Assembly: GCF_009914755.1 (NCBI RefSeq)
Contig: NC_060947.1
DNA: 64,000 nt
Source: the human T2T-CHM13v2.0 reference genome, Homo sapiens
Direction: 5' to 3' (one strand)
In this document: in pieces, positions 24,621 through 46,330 of the stretch
Layout of the letters: every line of letters begins with the position of its first letter
How positions within the stretch are numbered: the stretch's first letter is position 1
The notes under the pieces: model-generated
Databases searched by the model: none
Seen by the model: the letters and a program-made list of their open reading frames with translations, nothing else
What the model was told of the DNA's origin: nothing
Made by a program: the position numbers and the translations under genes

Positions 24621-24992
24621 TGAATACAGAGTAACTCACTAATAGCCAGGTAAGTACAAATGAAAACAACTGTAAGAATCATATTTTATTCATCACATTA
24701 GTAAATTCAGGAAATCAATGTCATTTATTCTGGCATGGAAATTGGGAAATAATTACACTTAACATATTGCTTTCAGAAGATATAAATTACTTTAATTTTT
24801 TTTAAGATCCTGGCAATATCTCCCAAAGCTTATATACCATTTACCCCTAATAAATAAAAGCATATAATTATATGTGTACAAACATGTTTACTTTAACAGT
24901 GTATATAATGCCAAAAAAAGGAAATCAATATGTGTTCATTAGCCAAAGAGTCATTCAACTGTGGAATGTCCATATTATTAAAATAAATGTTT

Positions 24993-25308
<316 letters not shown>

Positions 25309-28300
25309 CTAGTGTTCTGGGGAAATATTGATAATGTATTGTACAGTGAGAAAAGCAAATTACAGAATAATGTATTTGTTATGATTATGTTTTTTAAAAT
25401 ATAGAAGCACAAAATCTCATGCAGGTATAATTGCATATTGCTTGTATGAACATGAAGAACTGCTTGGAGAGAAGATGAGAAAGACTGTTGACATACATTT
25501 CCTGTATTATTGCATTGTTTTGCAAGTTTCAATGAGCACATATTACTGTTGTGCTTAATATAAATTAATAAAGGGAGTAAAACCTAAAAGTCATTGCCCT
25601 ATGTGAAAGACTGCACTGCTAGTTTTGAGTTCCTGCTGCTTTAAGATTCATTCAGTGATGCAGCAGTCTGTCTAAAATGTCTACATTCTAAAATAACATT
25701 GCAGCACTTTACCTCCACAGTTACTGTGAGAGTTGATACTTCGTTAGACACTACCACAAGCAACTTGTGAAACTGAAAATACATAAAGTTCTGGGTTATG
25801 GAAATTCAACAAATGTGCAATTTCAAGAAGAAATTTTCTATTTTTTTCTTACCAATATAATTATTTAGTTTCAACGCCTTTAAAAATTGCAAGGAGTTTT
25901 TTAAATACTTAGAATTTCAAAAAAAATTCATTTACCTCTTATCATTAAATACCTGTTTTCTCATTTTGAAATAGAATCTTAGTAATTCATGTGTCTTAAA
26001 AATAAGATCCCCTATACAAATTATGCATAATATAATCAAATAACTTTTATATTGAGTAATATAAATATGATAATTCTGTTTCTTTAGTATTAGAAATATA
26101 GATATTGCTTTAAATAAGATGGTTGCTTCAATATTTACTGCAGATCAGAAAATTAATAAGCATGTAGAATAGCTGTATTGGTGTTAAATACTTTCATGAA
26201 CTCGAGTCAACACTTCAAAAATTTCAATAATCTCATAGGAACTAAGTTTTTTGAGTATATGATATAAATATGCATAACAATCTAGATAAAAAGATAAAAT
26301 ATAATGTACACCAAAATCAAACGTGAGTTTGTGTCAATAACTCACATTACGAAGCTGACAATTAGGTTTTGACAGAGTACTTAAGCGTTCAAATTAAGAA
26401 GCATGATCAATTCATGATGATTCATCACTTCTGGAAGAGATATTTAAGATTTTAAAAGGCTTATTTTAAAGGACCACCCTGTTTCAGAAGATAAATTTAA
26501 AACTTTCTTGGATTTTATTATTATAATGACAGAAACACTTTAATAGATTTCATTAATCAATATAATTTTATGGTTGATTATATAGTTTTGAAAATCAAGG
26601 CTAATTTTATTTGTAATTAGATCCAAAAAACTCTACTTTTTTCTCTACATTCATTCAAATAAGATCATTATCAAGCTTCATGATTATCACTCAGCTTTAA
26701 AAGAAAGGTGCACAGCTCCTGATTTCTCAAAAGTCATTGGACAATTTCATCCATTCAACAAATATTTATTGAGCTTCAAATATGCACTGGGTGGTATATG
26801 AGAATTGCTAGAAATAAGAAACATTTATTTTCTTTAAAAGTATAGTATTTATTCTGAAGATGAAGAGGCTCCCCACAGAAATCTGCCAGAGTTGCAAAGC
26901 TAGTAAACATCTAAATGTACACAAACCTAATAAAGCAGTTGATATAAACCATGAGAAATCTTTATCTTGGCTTATTTGAATAGCATCCCAGTAATTCCAA
27001 AGTGACCTAACCATCCAACTCTTTAATCCAACCACATAGATTCAAAAACTCACATGGCTTCCTAGGAAGAATTTCTACTCCCTACTATCTAAAGGATTTA
27101 AAGACCTGATTGGGCTCTGGCTACACTACAACACAGTCAGACTGACTAACTGGATCAAAAAGAGACCCTAAAGCCAGAAGGGGTGTAACCAAAGGCCTGC
27201 AACATGATCCCACACATTGGAGTGTGCTTTACAAGAAGCGATTTTTTTCAAAGCCTTTATATATCAAGGGATCTGCTCATCCTAGTAAATAAGCTCAGAT
27301 ATCAGCCTATCATTTGTTGCCTGTCTTAATAATTCAGTGTCAGTGTTGATACATAGCATGCCAGAGTATAACAGACTGTTATCTATGTCTGATAAAATTT
27401 TCTTCAAACCATAAAGATTGTACAAGATGCAAGATTCATGTACAATTGAATCTGTACACTGGCAAACTGAAGAGCATGAAATGATCCCTCTCCACCTCAG
27501 CTTTCTTCTAAATAGAGGTCACTAAGTTTACTCAATTGTAAACTCTAACAGCATTGTAATGGGGGTATGAAAGAATGCCTTCAATTGCTGCAGGATGTCA
27601 AGTGTGCCATTTTAACTGTTACAATTATCTAGTGTGCATTCAAACAGAAATCCATGTAAAGAGAAAGAAAGATTTACATATTTAGGAGGGCTCAAAAGGA
27701 GATTCAAATTATAAGGCTGATTGCAACTGGTCTCGTTGATTATGGATAAGGATGGATTTAAATAAAACACCGTCTATGCTAACTCCTGTCCTGAGATCTT
27801 TATCAAGGCATGGATGAGCAATTTTTCAGGCAAAGCTCATTATTTAAAAACCAGTATGTGGTCACTTGCTATATAACAAAGGCATGAGAACAATGATAAA
27901 TCCTTGCAGGTTTGACATTCATTTCTAAATGAGCACTCTGACACATGAACTTGATCTAAATGAGTAATGGATACATGATCACTGTATTATAATGAGGCTC
28001 ATATTTTACAATTCTATGTACTTTACCAGTGGTGAGTTTCTAAATTGGCTGAGTTCCATTATTGGAGAGTGTTGTTGAGCACCAACTGGATTTATAGAAA
28101 ATAGAAACAATTTCCAAAACAAGTTGCACCTACATCTGTTATGCCTGCAGCAATATAAGTACAATGGACTTGAGTTTGGCATCAATGACCACTACTGGGT
28201 GCCAAGCCTAGCCATGCACACCTGCATCTCAGCACTTACAGGCACTGTCTTTGTCAAATATTTGGCCCAATAAATCTCTGAAAAGCAAAAATGGAAACTG

Positions 28301-29749
28301 TTTGGGGTAATATACAACATCTGAATTGAGAACACAGGGAGGTTCAAAACAAAGTTGAAAATGAGAAAGGTTTAATGATTCAAATGAAAAGCTCAATTAC
28401 TTTTCAATGCACAGACCTTGCTTTTCAAGATGAAATTTTGGCATTTTTTTTTTTGTATTTGAAGTAACATGTCTGGTTTTTTTTACTGATGAAAGCTTAA
28501 ATCACATCAAGATGAGAGAGAATGAGAAAGTGCTGTCTTTTAAGTTCAAACTTTATGTTGCTTTCCCAGAGAGGACTAAATTTGGTTCAGAATGGTGATA
28601 TTAGATAATTCTTTTAAAATTTTCATTCCTTGTCAAAAGGGGGCCTCTCCTACTTCCATGTAAGCAACCAAATCATAAATTATGATTTGAAAACCGAGAA
28701 CACCAAATAAAGCCCACTGGAAAATCGCACAATGGTACAATGTAATATGAATATGTATGGGGTTTGAAGTGTAGTTTGCCATTCCAACTACACTATGCTC
28801 TATGAACATTTTGTGTTATTATGTGTGCCCTTAGACATCCTGAATTGCAATCAAAATGGTAACCAAATAAAGTTTTCTGTTTGGTGCTTTCCAGTTGAAA
28901 AAAATTACAAAATTAAGAAAATAACCCATAGTGTGTTTTGCACAGTCCAGTTTTGCTGATACCATCAGCAAAATCTTTAGAATAGTAATTAAAATTCCAA
29001 ATGCTTCAAACAACTGAACATATCTTGGTTTAATTATTTTCTAATTATGAATGTAACAAGTGTAAGATAATTGAAAGATGACCCTTAGGTTTAGCTTGAA
29101 TACAGTATTTCTCAGGGGACTTGATAGATTTTTTAATGCTTCAATGAAACTGATGACCCCTATATAATGAAAAGGGAAAACTGATCAATACCAAGAGTAA
29201 AGTCTTTCAACTTACATCCTAAATGGGCATTAAACACTTCCAAAGACTGGCTGGCAACCAAGAATAGAATGACTAGAGTAGTTTGAACTTTCCCAGTCTG
29301 TAATGTAAGTCTGCCCACTCTTGTGAGGTATCATCCTGATGAGTACTACTGTCAAACGAATTTCCTTGACTCTTGCAAAATACTGAGCATAATCTTCAGT
29401 AAACTGAGCATTCTGGTTTGGTGACTCAATTTGCATTTCACTAAGGAATAACTGGAAAAAATATATATGTTTATGTCCCCTTATGTGCTTCCCTCATGAT
29501 GCTCAGCAAAAGAATACTTTGATTAAAATAATACATCTCAAAAAGACTCTTTATAATTGAGTGAGTCTAAGAGGCCGAGATTAACTCTTTAATAATTTCA
29601 ACAAAAATCACCTGGGAAATGTTTTCTTCCTGGTGTATCTGGACTCTCCAATACTTAAGGTATTAAGCATTATTAGTGCAAAAGAAAATGACAATAGTTA
29701 TAAACATACAGTTTATACATATACACTGTTTGATTTTTTCAAGTATTAT

Positions 29750-30475
29750 TCTTAAACACTAGGTGGATTTTCCTGTATAATTATACTATTATCCTCATTT
29801 TATGGTGAGAAGGCAGATTATCATAGTAGAAAAAGTGTGCGTAGTCAATCAGGCTATGGTTCATATTTAATGCTTACTAACTGGGTGAATTTGGGCAAGA
29901 AAAATTAATCTTTCAGAGATTATGTTTCTTCATTTATGAAACAGGATTTGTATGTGAAAAATATATTCAATCATGGAAACAATGATAATAACCATATTAA
30001 TTACATGACTCCACTACACCAATCACTGTGCCTAGACAATTTGGGATATAATGTATTAATTGAGAGAATAGTATTTGGAGTTAGATCTGACTTCAATTCC
30101 TAATTCTACTACCTGCTAGATGTGTAATACTGGGCATATTACTTGTCTTCGCTGAGCTGCAATTTCCTCAGCAACAATATGAGAACACAAATACTTATCT
30201 CATAAGGAGGTTGTTTTTATGATCAAATAGAGTGCTTAAATTGTAATCTTTCACGTTCCTATCACTGTTTATCCTCTCAACCTGCTTTTACTTTTTCTTC
30301 ATAGCATTTGTCATTATTTGATGTTATATCACATATTTTCTTATTTGTTCATTTTATGTTCTCCCACTAGCATATAAGCTTTGGGAAGAAAGGGACTTGT
30401 TCTGTATCACCATTTCAACAGCATCATGGTTTAGCTCATGAAAGGTATTCAAATATTTATCATATGAATAAATTC
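29750..30475. mobile_element. Cluster of MIR fragments and an L2 tail
   Basis: MIR cores at ~29820-29960 and ~30060-30240 (ctacctgctagatgtgtaatactgggcatattactt). L2 tail at ~30250-30475 (cccactagcatataagct...aaatatttatcatatgaataaa). Confidence 0.6.
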
Positions 30476-30639
30476 AGAGGTTTGGTACCCATATATCAAG
30501 AAATAAGAATTCAATAACTGTTCAATGTTTTATATACATGAAGAAGGTAAGTGTCTTGTGTAAGGATGCACATATCCTCAGTGACTGAAATAGATTAGGA
30601 CCAAGATTTATCTACTTCTGGTCCTTCTTTATACTATTC

Positions 30640-30829
30640 CAGGGGTTCTTCAAGTACATTTCCTGGGCAATCAGCATCACTATCACCTTGGAACTGTGTT
30701 TAGCAACAAAATTCTCAGGATCTAACTGATACCTATTGAATTAGAAATACTTAGGTCTGGGTCAAACAATCTTTGTTTTAGTAAGCACTCTTAATAATTC
30801 TGACTCATGCTAAAGTTTGATAACCACTG
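30640..30829. mobile_element. MER5A hAT MITE
   Basis: caggggttcttcaagt...cagcatcactatcaccttggaact...aattctcagg...gctaaagtttgataaccactg. Confidence 0.8.
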
Positions 30830-31959
30830 TATGTATAAACTCCGACACTTTCCAACACCCTGACTGCTTTCTAATAACAAACCTTCTTCAATGCCAAATG
30901 GAAAAAGTGATTATCATTAAGTTTAGAGCAAAGATTTATTACTTGTTATAAATGTTAATTTATTTAACTTTAAATAATTTTTTCTATTGGCACCAAACAA
31001 AAAGAGGTCTAATTTTAGCTAATCCTTGGTTTCAGCAAAGCCAGAGAGTAAACTTCTGCAAGACTACCCCACATAGATTTGGCCTTTAAAGTTGATTTAG
31101 AAGTCCTTCCACAATTCAAGATAAATACCATAAATCATGAGAATCAATTTATTTTTAGATCCTACTTAATCAGATATTCCATCTGGATTCAATATTTTTA
31201 AAGACCTTCTCATGTAAATAATTTACAAGAACTACCTTGGTTTAGCTTCTCTGCTCAATGATTCCTAGATTTTGGGTTGGTTTTGTTTCATCTTGTTTTT
31301 TCTTTAAAGATAAAAAAGCAGCCTGAGGATCTTAAAATGTCAAAAGGTAAGAAAAAACACACTTACTGATTGATTGTCAGCTCTGATTCTATGGGGGAAA
31401 ATAAATATTTTACTATATCTTATTCTTCAATTAGTTGATTGCGCTGTAAAAATTGGTTGTGCTATATTATTCTTGAAAATATTAAATAACAAGAAAGCAA
31501 GGTAAAATTTAGAATATTTTCTCTTTCTGAAGATAATTCAAGCCTTCATTTATTAGGCTTTTTATCCTTTTTCCTTCATAAATCTTTATCTTACATTGAC
31601 ATCATAGCGTGTTGCAGAAATTCAACAATGAATTTTCCACTTTCTTGCAATTAAGAATACCATGATGTTGGAGAGCATAGTTTTTATTCTAGAGACCAAA
31701 AAAAGAGAATAATATTTTTGTCTATGTAGTTAACGCTTTCAATAATGGAAAGTTCCAATTTTCTCCTTGAACAACAAAGTGTATTTATTTTTATTGGAAC
31801 AATTGCCTTTCATGTAAAGGCTGAATCAGTTTGTTCTTTGGGACGTGTAAAGCAGATTATAAAAATTACGTGAAGAAAGTCAGATAATTCAGGTTCTCAA
31901 CCTAGAGATCAATAGAAGAAAATATCTTAATTAAATCTGAATTAATACCTCTTCATTCT

Positions 31960-32263
31960 TGATGGGCATGGTGGCTCATACCTGTAATCTCAGCAAATTG
32001 GGAGGTTGAAGTGGAAGGATCACTCGAGGCCAGAAATTTCACACCACTCGAGGCAACATAGTAAGACCCTGTCTCTACAAAAATTTTAAAACTTAGTTGG
32101 GTGTGGTGGTGCACACCTATAGTTCTTGCTACTTGGGAGACTGAGGTGAACTAGATGGCAGGAGTTCAAGGCTGCAGTAAGCTTTGATTGTGCAACTGCA
32201 CTAGGGCCCAGGCAACAGAGCAAGACCATGTCACTAAAGAAATTAATAATAAATAAATAATAA
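31960..32263 (+). mobile_element. AluJ (AluJo-like)
   Basis: Diverged dimer with ggagttcaaggctgcagt. Perfect 15-bp TSD aatacctcttcattc at 31944-31958 and 32264-32278. Confidence 0.9.
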
Positions 32264-34384
32264 AATACCTCTTCATTCATGATAATGGGACACTCCAACA
32301 TAGTATATTATAGATTTCTGTGTTCACGCAACCTCAAGTATCAGTGTCAACTCTGCATTTGCTAGGTCAAGGTAAATGTGGCCTATTTTAAGTACAGAAG
32401 ATTTCCAGAGATGATGATAATCCAAGCAGCTTGTTAGCATGAATGATTTGGTAATAGTAAGAATTTACCATTCCAGGTTTCTTGCACAAGCAATTAATTA
32501 TCTTTGTATGCTAATCCACAATAAATCCTACCCCCTATAAACAATGAAAATATTTCTTCAACATGGTTGGCAACAGAGAAAATCATGTAAATTTAAGACA
32601 TTTATATCACTGAGGACCTTATTTTAAATTAAAAGCATCACTGAGAGGGGTAAGACATTAGGCTGGAGCAGTCACTCAGGAATACCCTAGTGAATGTTAG
32701 CCTTCTATGAGTATTACCTTTCCAGTGAGCTAGAAAAGAGGTGAAAAGGAAGAACTAGTGATAGCAGTAAGATTGCTTGGTAAATTTAAATCGATAGTAG
32801 TTGTTTGTGATGAAATATCAAATATGAGTTATGAAATTGCCATAATGTTGAGAAAATAAGGAGTACCTAGGGAAAAGTGGGCTTTGAATATTTCCATACA
32901 TGAACAGTAGTAGTCCTCAGGAGACAGTTATTGCATAATATGCATATAGATAAGTGCCTGGGCTGACAGGAATTCTTGCCTAAATGCCATTGTGCTTTGG
33001 GAGCTTGGGAGAAATACCATAGAGGAGTTAGAAATAAATAATATCGCCTCTGCCCTCATTTAATGCTTTGTTTCCAGATGGAGAAGGGACAATCAGCTCA
33101 TTGCTGTAGTTGGCCAAACAAGATCACTTAAATGTCATCTGGTTTACACCAGATCGATGCTATCATGGTGACCTCTGCTGTGGGAAATGTTAAAAAAAAA
33201 AAAAAGTGAATCCAAATTTCAATCCCTGCACTTTACCCTTTTAGTTATCTCAGATCAATAACCATTCATTGGCTACTGTGATTCTCACATGGAGGAGGGA
33301 GCTGCACATTTTTCTTAATGACAGCAACCATTAAAATTTAGCTGTAAACAAGTTAGTGTGATGGAAAAAGAACATTACAGCACCACGAAACATTTCAACA
33401 TTGTATTATATGTCTTTGTGACACTACTATATTAAAACTTGCTTACATTTTATGATAAGAACAGTGGTAATAACATGTTGCAAGATGTTTTTCTAAAAAG
33501 GAGAAATAAATATGCATTTTATTTTTTAAATCTCTTTGTCCTATGACAAGTCTCAAATTCAGAAAGTGAAGAAATTGGTATTCCAACACCGGTACTGTCC
33601 TCTAATAGTTATTCAGTTGCATTTTGTTTAGTAGGTAAAATCAGAAGGAATGGAAGAGGGAATATCTTGTCCTTTTAAATCATTAAATACCTGGCTTTAT
33701 GTCTTTCCTAATTCTATTAATATATTCCTAGGTGGTTTGGAAAAACGACTTGCAAAACAAAATTTAAATGGTTCATTTTTTACTAAATAAGGAGAGGAAG
33801 GTATAAAAGGAGATTGAGTAACATAGTGGTATACATACATGCTCTCTATTCAGACTTAACCTCTGATGTCTCAGAAACTCAGAATACCTGAATTTACACT
33901 TACTTTACTAGCTAATTCAATGTCCAATTGTGTATATGGAGCAACTGATTTCTCAACTTCTACATATTTGCATGTAGTTCTTACAGCAAACAAAAACTAG
34001 ATGATCAGTACTATTTTTTTCTTTTCCATGACACAAAATTCTAATATGGCGATTTAGTTATTGTACAATGAGAACAGAGAAGATGTATCAAGTTATTTTT
34101 GTACAGGGTTCTCCAATTATTATATTCACTTCTGGTGGTGTGGTGTGATGTGTAGTGGTATATAATAGAGTGGTGAGTTTATTGGTCCATTTTGTTTGAG
34201 TAAAAGAATAGTTTTAAAAGATCTAGCAAGAGGTATAAACTAAACATGGTTGACAAATGAAATGGTAATAAATGAGACTGATCTAGTAAACAAAGAATTA
34301 AGTCATGAGGGAGGTGAAATTAAAGAAAGATAATTTAGAGGAGTGAGATGATTCATGTTATTGGATGACAAGTAGGGCATCATT

Positions 34385-34620
34385 ATAATGTAGTGGAGAA
34401 AGCACAGGGGATTTGAAATGAAAGGGATCTGTGTTTGAATCCTGACTTTTTTCATTTTACTAGCTGTGTCAATGACAATATACATAACTTCTACTGCTTC
34501 AATTACAAAGTGGCGAGAATAATCATTACCATGGATGATTGTTGTGATATTGATGGCTGTTATATACAAAGTGACTTATTCATAGGAGATTTTCAGTAAA
34601 TGGTAGCAACTATTGCTGTT
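34385..34620 (+). mobile_element. MIR
   Basis: tagtggagaaagcacagggga...gtgtttgaatcctgact...tactagctgtgt...cagtaaatggtagc. Confidence 0.65.
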
Positions 34621-34899
34621 ATGTGACAAAATTTGGAGCAAAATTTCCAAATGGGTGAGTGCTTAGCATAAATCATGGATGTTTCCTTGTTGTCAAGGAA
34701 AAGGCAACCCTCAGGATGTGTGGTTAGAAACCTTAGGTTAAATAATTATATTATATAAATTGGGCATCATTATTTTGAATTTTCTGATAGAAAATGGATA
34801 GTTATGCAAAATGCCACATTATTCTGGCAGATCTGTGGAAGATAAACTTATAATAATCTTGTAAGGAATTTGAAGCAATTAAAAAAAATCTTGGTTTTG

Positions 34900-35870
34900 C
34901 AGATGCTGGCCAGGTTGCGGAGAAAAAGGAAGGCTTATATACTGTTGGTGGGTGTGTAAATTAGTTAAAGCATGGTAGAAATCAGTGTGGCAATTCTTTA
35001 AAACCAAAAAAAAATCATTGGACCCAGCAATCCCATTACTGGGTATATACCCAAAGGAATAAAAATTATTTTATTATAAAGACACACACACGTATGTTTA
35101 TTGCAGCACCAGTCACAGTAGCAAAGACATGGAATCAACCTAAATGCCCATCAATAGTAGACTGAATAAAGAAATTGTGGTACACATAAACAATGAAACA
35201 TTATGCAAACATACCAAAGAATGAGATCATGTCCTTTGCAGCACCATGGATGGAGCTGGAGGCCATTATCCTTAGCAAACTAGTGTAGGAAAAGAAAACC
35301 AAATACCACATGTTCTCACTTATAAGTGGGAGCTAAATGGTGAGAACACATAGACACACAGAGGGGAACAACACACATTGAGGCCTTTCTAGGGTGGAGG
35401 GTGGGAGGAGGGAATGGATAAGGAAAAATAACTAATGGATACTAGGCTTAACACTGGGTGATGAAATATTTTGTACAACAAACCCCCATGACACAAGTTT
35501 ACTTATATAACAAACTTTCTTTTTTTTTATCATTATTATTATACTTTAAGTTTTAGGGTACATGTGCACAATGTGCAGGTTAGTTACATATGTATACATG
35601 TGCCATGCTGGTGTGCCGCACCTATTAACTCGTCATTTAGCATTAGGTATATCTCCTAATGCTACCCCTCCCCCCTCCCCCCACCCCACAACAGTCCCCA
35701 GAGTGTGATGTTCCCCTTCCTGTGTCCATGTGTTCTCATTGTTCAATCATTCTCAGTAAACTATCGCAAAGACAAAAAAACCAAACACTGCATGTTCTCA
35801 CTCATAGATGGGAATTGAACAATGAGAACAAACTTTCATATGTATCCCTGAACCTAAAAGTTAAAAAATG
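34900..35870 (+). mobile_element. Older L1PA (L1PA13-16-like) 3' end, interrupted by a young L1PA
   Basis: ORF2 C-terminus and 3' UTR (aaacccccatgacacaagtttac...tgaacctaaaagttaaaa). Duplicated cttggttttg at 34890-34899 and 35874-35883. Confidence 0.85.
35520..35826 (-). mobile_element. Young L1PA3/4-like 3' fragment with 5' inversion
   Basis: Poly(T), then minus-strand 3' UTR to 35747, then a plus-strand segment 35746-35830. TSD AACAAACTTTC at 35509-35519 and 35827-35837. Confidence 0.88.
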
Positions 35871-35884
35871 ACACTTGGTTTTGG

Positions 35885-36065
35885 AGACCAGGGAGATGGG
35901 TTTGTATTCAACATTTACAAGCTTAATTGTTAAGTCTCTGTAAGCCTCAAATACTCCATTTTAAAAGTGGCAATATGGTACTTGTAAAGAATCAATGAAA
36001 TAGCATAATAAATAAAGCACCCAATAGAATGTCTGATATATAGCATATTCACAATAACTGTTGAT
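35885..36065 (+). mobile_element. MIR
   Basis: ttaagtctctgtaagcctcaaatactccattttaaaagtgg...taaagcacccaatagaatgtctgatatatag. Confidence 0.6.
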
Positions 36066-36221
36066 TTCTACTCTCACGCCCTAACATCATCACATTTCTA
36101 CAAAATCACAATGTATGCCCAGGAACTATGTATTAAATATAGCTAATTTTAACGTACCTTGATAATTGAAATATCCATGACCAACAGAAACTCCTGAGAC
36201 TAGAATAGGAGACATATTTAA

Positions 36222-36608
<387 letters not shown>

Positions 36609-36761
36609 TAAAATGACATGACAGTGTTTAAAAAATTGGATTCTGGATATCTAATACAGTAGATATTAGCTGAAAAGTAACAAAGGCTGGAAAGCTAAAA
36701 TAAAAGAGTGTGGCACCCTAAGATAATTTGAGAAGGTTTCTTTACTTGGCAAGAAAAAAAG

Positions 36762-37125
36762 TGTGTTAGTTCATTTTCATACTGCTATGAAGAAATACCC
36801 AAGACTAGGTAATTTATAAACAAAAAAGGTTTAATTGGCTCACACTTCCACATGGCTGGGTTGGTCTCAGGAAATCTACAATCATGGTGGAAGATACCTC
36901 CTCACAGGGAGGCAGGAGAGAGAATGAGTGCAAGCAGGGGAAATGCCAGATGTTTATAAAACCATGAGATCTTGTGAGACTCACTCATTATCACAAGAAC
37001 AGCATGGGGTAAACTGCCCACATCATTCAATTACCTCCACCTGGTCCTGCCCTTGACATGTGGGGATTATGTGGATTGCAATTCAAGCTGAAATTTGGGT
37101 AAGGACACGGAGCCAAACTATATCA
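36762..37125 (-). mobile_element. MaLR solo LTR (THE1D/MSTA-like)
   Basis: tgtgttagttcattttcatactgctatgaagaaatacc...agccaaactatatca. TSD aaaag/agaag. Confidence 0.88.
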
Positions 37126-37542
37126 AGAAGGAAGACTTTCTACAAAAGTAGAACTCTAGAAAGGCAGAATATCCAACTGAATGCCATAGAAAGAGAGTCA
37201 TGGAAACAGAACTTTTACATTAGTGTCCTTTTGTTCTCACTACAGGTTCAAATCTGAAGGCAAATTTTATTTGATTTTTAAATTTTATTTTCAAATTGTA
37301 TTCCTAAGAATGGATGACAACAAGCTATAATCATTCAGAGAAAAACAATGTCAGCCTACAAACATACTTTCTCTCCTAGGTTATGTTATTTGTGTAAAAT
37401 AATTTGCCGAGCACAAAAAATTGAACCATTTATTTATCACTTCGTGTATCTTCAGTTTTAGGTTTCAGAAAATCAAATTCAAACTGGTTTAGGGTTTAGA
37501 TGGAAATTTATAACACTAAATTCCTTTTTAGAACAGTAGAAA

Positions 37543-45585
<8,043 letters not shown>

Positions 45586-45596
45586 AATAGTAGAAA

Positions 45597-46330
45597 AATT
45601 GCAAACTAAAGACTTCACCTTCTACTTTAGAAAACTAGAAAAAGAAGAGGAAATTAAACCCAAAATAAAGCAAGGAAGAAAATAGTAAAGATCAAAACAG
45701 GAAGCAACAAAATAGATAGCAGAGAAAGATTTTTTAAAATCTGCATTTAGAAGACCAATAAAATTGATGAAAGTCAAGTTTAATATAACATGACCAAGTG
45801 GTATTTACCCCAGGAATGCAAGATTGGTTTAACATAAGAAAACCATATTACCATATTAAAGGAAGCAAAATCATATTATTACTTTAATAGAATCAGAAAA
45901 AGCATTTGAAAATATCCAGTAACCACTACTGATTTTTTAAAAAAAGACTTTTCGGCCAATTGAGAATTTAAAAAAAAAAATGTCTTTAACATGATGAAGA
46001 AGGGCATCTTATAAAAACTTTGCAGCTAACATTGCATTTAATGGTTAAAGACTAAATCATTTCATTCTAAGACCAGGAATGAGACAAGATGTCTGCTATC
46101 CTCACTTCTATTCAACATTGTACTGGGTGTTCTTGTCAGAAAAAAATAAGGAAGAAAAAGAATTAAAAATAATACAATATTGGAAAAGAAGAAGCAAATC
46201 TATCTTTCTTTGAAGATGATATGAATGTCTCTGTAGAAAAGCTGGTGGCATTCACACAAAAGTAGCTACTAGAACTAGTCAATTAATTTAGTAAGGGCAC
46301 AATGTGAAAAAATCTATTGTGATCAACTGC
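45597..46330 (+). mobile_element. Older L1 ORF2 fragment (host of the L1MA)
   Basis: Continues the ggaaatttataacactaaat (GKFIALN-like) sequence from ~37500. RT remnants caggaatgagacaagatgtc and tctttgaagatgatatg. Confidence 0.75.

Noticed and set aside
29230-29436. 68-aa ORF in unique sequence
   Set aside because: Short, with no recognisable motif and no supporting gene structure.
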